Shown in pieces: positions 7,406 through 10,661 of a stretch of DNA of 10,661 nucleotides. A program made the translations under genes and the position numbers. Numbering within the stretch: the first letter of the stretch is position 1; every line of letters begins with the position of its first letter. Location: NCBI GenBank assembly GCA_037439545.1, contig JBBIVV010000047.1, positions 2,713 through 13,373 of the forward strand, written 5' to 3'. Source of the DNA: a bacterium. GTDB lineage: Bacteria > JAMCPX01. Under the pieces are notes generated by a model, which saw nothing but the letters and a program-made list of their open reading frames with translations, was not told the origin of the DNA and did not search any database.

Positions 7406-8911
7406 ATGGAAGGTAAACTTGTATCAATAAATCCCGGCGATTTGAAAACAGTCGGTGAGGTCAACATCACGACAAAAGAAGAGCTTGCCGGTATCGTCGT
7501 TCAAGCGAAACAGGCACAGCATGCATGGGAAAAATTGGGTTTTTACGGACGGAAGCCGTTCTTCGACAGGCTGGCGCTCCACCTGCTCGACAACTGGAAA
7601 GAGATCGCAAAATTTATCTCCATGGAGAACGGAAAACCGTATCTTGAAGCGACGCTGACAGAGGTTTATCCCGTAATAGACGTGATCAACTATTATGCAA
7701 AGAGGGCTGAAAAGATGCTCTCGGACACAAAGATACCCATACGGTTTTTTAAGTTTATGGGTAAAAAGAGCTACATAACGTATAGGCCCGTAGGTTCCAT
7801 AGGGATCATCAGTCCATGGAATTACCCGTTTGCAATACCTTTCTCAGAAGTCATTATGGCAATGGTTGCAGGAAATACGGTCGTGTTGAAGCCGTCAGAA
7901 CTTACCCCCATGATAGGCGGGAAGATAAAGGATGCAATAGATGCGGCAGGGTTTCCGCAGGGTGTATTCTCGGTCGTATACGGTGATGGCAGGATAGGAG
8001 GAGAGCTTGTAAAATCAGGGTTGTCGAAGATTATTTTTACCGGCAGTGTTGCGACAGGCAAAAAGATAATGGCGGCTGCGTCCGAGAGCCTTACGCCTGT
8101 TGTCCTTGAGCTTGGCGGTAAGGATCCCATGCTCGTTCTCAAAGATGCAGACCTCGATATGGCTGCACGGGGGGCTGTGTGGGCTGCATTCATGAATTCA
8201 GGACAGACATGCGCTTCCGTAGAAAGGGTCTATGTGGATGAATCAATCAAAGGCAGGTTTACAGAATTTGTTGTTGCATACACGAATAAGCTGCGGCATG
8301 GGAATAAACTCGACGACCACAGCACCGATGTAGGGGCAATGATTGATCCAAGACAGCTTTCCATTGTCGAGAACCACGTCGCCGATGCAGTTTCCAAAGG
8401 TGCCAGGGTCCTTACCGGCGGTAAAAAGCCGGAATCACTGAAAGGATATTTTTATCAGCCTACGGTGCTTGAAAATGTGGACCATACAATGAAGATTATG
8501 ACTGAGGAGACCTTCGGTCCTGCGTTGCCGATTATGGGTTTCAGGACTGAGACAGAGGCTATCGAACTTGCGAACGATTCACGGTATGCCCTTACGGCAA
8601 GTGTGTGGTCAAAAGACATCCGCAGGGCGGAAGCCATAGCAAAACAGCTCGTTGCCGGAACAGTTGCAGTCAATGAACATGCAATGACCTATGGTATACC
8701 TGAAACGCCATGGGGAGGATCCAAGGAGTCGGGTTTTGGCAGGACACATTCGACAATCGGATTAATGGAATTCGTAGAACCGGTACATATCCATATCGAC
8801 AGAGGGTGGTTGAAGAAAAGGCTGTGGTGGTATCCCTACAATGCTTCGACCGAGAAATTCATCAAGGCCATGATGTGGATAACCAGACGGCTCGGATTTC
8901 TTGTTCGTTAA
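7406..8911 (+). CDS. NAD(P)+-dependent aldehyde dehydrogenase (resembles the DDALDH-like subfamily)
   Basis: Motifs ISPWNYP, LKPSE, FTGSVATG, ELGGKDP, catalytic Cys in NSGQTCASVERVYV, EETFGP, PWGGSKESGFGR and a C-terminal WWYPY. ATG 7406 is better spaced from AGGA(TGG) than ATG 7397, which overlaps the patatin stop. Either start is possible. Confidence 0.94.
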   Translation: MEGKLVSINPGDLKTVGEVNITTKEELAGIVVQAKQAQHAWEKLGFYGRKPFFDRLALHLLDNWKEIAKFISMENGKPYLEATLTEVYPVIDVINYYAKRAEKMLSDTKIPIRFFKFMGKKSYITYRPVGSIGIISPWNYPFAIPFSEVIMAMVAGNTVVLKPSELTPMIGGKIKDAIDAAGFPQGVFSVVYGDGRIGGELVKSGLSKIIFTGSVATGKKIMAAASESLTPVVLELGGKDPMLVLKDADLDMAARGAVWAAFMNSGQTCASVERVYVDESIKGRFTEFVVAYTNKLRHGNKLDDHSTDVGAMIDPRQLSIVENHVADAVSKGARVLTGGKKPESLKGYFYQPTVLENVDHTMKIMTEETFGPALPIMGFRTETEAIELANDSRYALTASVWSKDIRRAEAIAKQLVAGTVAVNEHAMTYGIPETPWGGSKESGFGRTHSTIGLMEFVEPVHIHIDRGWLKKRLWWYPYNASTEKFIKAMMWITRRLGFLVR

Positions 8912-8917
8912 ATTCCT

Positions 8918-9523
8918 ATGGAATTATTTGTCACAACTTACGCAGAGCATTTCACTTATGCAGCGGTATTCATATTCCTGATTATGTGCGGGCTCGGGTT
9001 TCCCGTGCCCGAGGAAGTGCTGCTCGTCATATCGGGTTATATGGCTTATAAGGGCATAACATCCATCGCCATTACCGGTATCGTCGATTTTCTCGGGGTT
9101 ATCGGCGGAGATATCATTTTGTTTTCCATAGGCAGGAGATGGGCAAAGGGCATAAAAGACCATGTAATTATAAGGCGCTTTATCGGTGACACAGGTCTTG
9201 AGAAGGTCGAGAGGTTTTACATTGTACACGGCAATAAAGCAATTTTTATAGCCCGCTTTGTAAGCGGATTGAGAGTTGCGGTTTTTTTGTCCGCAGGCAT
9301 CATGGGCACTAAACTGAAAAAATTCCTTTTCATGGATGCCGTTGCAGGGATTATATCGGTGCCGCTCTGGGTCGGTGCGGCTTACATCATGGGGAGTGAC
9401 TTTGACCTGGTGCTTAAGTATGCAAAAGATTTTGAATATTTGTTTCTGCTTGCCCTGCCATTCGTCATTGCATTCATCGTGGTCATATATCTTCACTCGA
9501 AAAGGAAATCCCCGCTGGAGTGA
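8918..9523 (+). CDS. DedA family membrane protein, 201 aa
   Basis: Motifs GLGFPVPEE, GVIGGDIILFSIGR, FYIVHGNKAIFIARFVSGLR and AGIMG..LKKFLFMD. Starts 6 nt after the ALDH stop. Confidence 0.93.
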   Translation: MELFVTTYAEHFTYAAVFIFLIMCGLGFPVPEEVLLVISGYMAYKGITSIAITGIVDFLGVIGGDIILFSIGRRWAKGIKDHVIIRRFIGDTGLEKVERFYIVHGNKAIFIARFVSGLRVAVFLSAGIMGTKLKKFLFMDAVAGIISVPLWVGAAYIMGSDFDLVLKYAKDFEYLFLLALPFVIAFIVVIYLHSKRKSPLE

Positions 9524-9619
9524 TGGGGCACGCGCTGGCGCTTTCTCATACGAGTTTGATGTCTCTTTCGGGGATGGTTGAAATTCATCGCTGAGGCACT
9601 GAGGCTGGTTAAAGAGGGC

Positions 9620-9645
9620 ATAAAAATAAGGGCAGCAGCCCGCCC
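9620..9645 (-). terminator. Putative intrinsic terminator on the minus strand
   Basis: Minus strand: GGGCGG-GCTG-CTGCCC (6-bp GC-rich stem with one G-U) followed directly by TTATTTTTAT. On the + strand the same pair is an A-C mismatch and there is no U-tail. Confidence 0.5.
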
Positions 9646-9795
9646 GGAGTCAGCTACCAGAGCGTTTTAAACTGGAAAAACGCTGTCAAAAAAAAGGGGT
9701 ATCGAAAACGCGTGTTTTATTCACTCTGAGGATGGCGTCCTCGATGGTATGCTAATAAACGGAGGTTTATTAACAAGAGGCTGCAGGTGGCAGAC
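9620..9795 (-). ncRNA. Candidate small RNA (no family recognised)
   Basis: Bounded by minus-strand promoter-like hexamers (TTGGAT 9828-9823 / TACAAT 9806-9801, or TTGTCA 9847-9842 / TATGCT 9823-9818) and the minus-strand terminator. Contains four hairpins and no credible ORF. Confidence 0.3.
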
Positions 9796-9929
9796 CTACG
9801 ATTGTAATAGACACGACAGCATATCCAAAATCACTAAATATTGACAATTTTGGTTTCTTATGTTGGCTTATAGGCTATACGAAAGACGAAACTGAAGCCA
9901 TTCACCTCCGGAAGCAGATTTTTGGGCAT

Positions 9930-9952
9930 TTAAAACCCGATAAGGGTTTTAA
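9930..9952. repeat. Perfect 9-bp inverted repeat (operator-like or hairpin) upstream of the 9983 gene
   Basis: TTAAAACCC-GATAA-GGGTTTTAA, ending 30 bp before ATG 9983. Confidence 0.6.
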
Positions 9953-9982
9953 GATATAAACAGTTAGATACGGGAGGATTTC

Positions 9983-10417
9983 ATGAAAAACTTAACAAGT
10001 GTGTTCACACACACAATTAAGTGCACGGTTTTAGGGTTGTTTCTGGGTCTGTTATTTTCTGGTATATCTCAAGCGTCAAGTTATTCTGTTCTTGTCGGAG
10101 GCAATATTAAATCGAGCCATTCTTTTATTACCTATGGTGCAGGAGCAAACGTTCATACAAATAAAAACCTGATAAATACCGGCTTATTTAACGTAAGCGG
10201 TGATGTGGAAATAGGTGGTCATCTTTTTACCGCTCATGGGACTTTCCCAATAACAGCAACCGGCACTATCACTATGTCTGCACAATATATAACAATCCCA
10301 GTGCTTTCTCCGGAATGCTGGACTAAAGTAAATTACCGATTCGAAGGTGGAAGTTCAAATGACAAGGGCTATATACGGTGGTCGGGGAAGACTAGACAAC
10401 TTTTAGGGCTTACTTAA
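9983..10417 (+). pseudogene. Probable outer-membrane beta-barrel protein (PorT/OMP_b-brl-like), interrupted by IS insertion
   Basis: SD GGGAGG (9972-9977) and a signal peptide ending ISQA. Alternating beta-strand pattern (YSVLVGGNI, ITYGAGANVH, VSGDVEIG, QYITIPVL). The last ~14 codons and the stop lie inside the putative IS left end, and there is no terminal aromatic beta-signal. Confidence 0.5.
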
Positions 10418-10661
10418 GGTGAAGAAAAGGAGTAAGATAAGCCTAAAGGGAGGTTTAGGATGAGGAAGACAATCGAAGCAGGAATAAAGGCAAAAGTAGC
10501 GATAGAAGCAATCAAGGGAGAAAAGACGCTTGCCCAGATAAGCTCAGATTACGGGGTCCATCCGAATCTTGTCAGCAAATGGAAGCAGGAACTGCTCAAA
10601 GGAGCTACCGAGCTGTTCGGGAAACACGGTAACAAGCGGAGCGATGGGCAGGAAGAGAAGG
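10374..10661 (+). mobile_element. IS3-family insertion sequence, left end (runs off the window)
   Basis: IRL-like sequence TACGGTGGTCGGGGAAGACTAGACA (10374-10398) lies ~85 bp upstream of an IS3-type OrfA. The exact boundary is uncertain because the right end is not in the window. Confidence 0.8.
10460..10661 (+). CDS. IS3-family transposase OrfA (HTH_Tnp_1-type), 3'-truncated by the window
   Basis: Not in the ORF track. SD GGGAGG (10448-10453), ATG 10460: MRKTIEAGIKAKVAIEAIKGEKTLAQISSDYGVHPNLVSKWKQELLKGATELFGKHGNKRSDGQEEK. The K.KVA.EA.KG.KT.A......GVHPN....WK pattern is typical of IS3 OrfA. Confidence 0.92.
   Translation, partial: MRKTIEAGIKAKVAIEAIKGEKTLAQISSDYGVHPNLVSKWKQELLKGATELFGKHGNKRSDGQEEK

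Noticed and set aside
395..9581. Antisense or alternative-frame ORFs in the track (e.g. 625-999, 4453-4884, 6546-6974, 6853-7470, 7822-8193, 8710-9051, 8924-9496, 9336-9581)
   Set aside because: They are shadows of well-supported genes, with no motifs or convincing RBSs.
9591..9605. Tandem CTGAGGC-A-CTGAGGC; possible CRISPR or repeat array in the intergenic region
   Set aside because: Only two 7-bp copies. There are no regularly spaced 23-47-bp repeats and no cas genes in the window.
9728..9800. Fluoride riboswitch resemblance (GAGGATGGCGTCCTC...GCTAAT...CCTAC)
   Set aside because: The P1 loop is a base short, the pseudoknot partner (TGACRCC directly after GCTAA) is missing, and no fluoride-related gene follows.
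9787..9807. Small + strand ORF or type I toxin opposite the candidate sRNA
   Set aside because: Only 6 codons (GTG...TAA), not hydrophobic, and no start codon at usable distance from the GGAGG at 9761.
9620..9811. 6S RNA, suggested by the length of the candidate sRNA
   Set aside because: I can find only a 6-7-bp end-to-end pairing (GCAGCC/GGCTGC) and local hairpins, not the long rod with a central bubble. A cmscan would settle it.
9864..9917. c-di-GMP-I riboswitch, hammerhead or SRP RNA resemblance (GAAA repeats, CTGAAG, CCGGAAGCAG)
   Set aside because: The core consensus elements are absent: no GCAAA...GGGACGCAAAG, no CUGANGA, no CAGG...GGAAGGAAGCAGC helix.

Overview
A gene-dense bacterial window of moderate GC, probably from a deltaproteobacterial lineage. 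That assignment is an inference from a MYXO-CTERM-like sorting tail and a DUF4388-DnaJ-TPR protein. On the + strand at the left are the 3' end of a surface protein with a GCSC/TM/basic tail (1-147, absent from the ORF track), a secreted TPR protein (TatT/RMDN-like) and an uncharacterised ~5-TM protein. A convergent minus-strand operon follows: DUF4388-DnaJ-TPR, ilvE and a 2-TM/RCK K+ channel. A divergent + strand cluster carries SpoIID/LytB, patatin, aldehyde dehydrogenase and DedA. Then come a 460-bp hairpin-rich intergenic region, a probable outer-membrane beta-barrel gene interrupted by an IS, and the left end of an IS3-family element. I see no clear-cut new multi-gene system (no CRISPR, retron or defence locus). 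The best leads are: (i) a candidate minus-strand small RNA (~9620-9795) with promoter, terminator and an exposed anti-Shine-Dalgarno loop; (ii) a hidden internal start (GGGAGG + GTG) in the K+ channel gene, which also has a non-canonical TVGYS filter; (iii) the TPR protein + unknown membrane protein pair as a possible lipid-handling module. All family calls come from motif recognition by eye, with no database searches.
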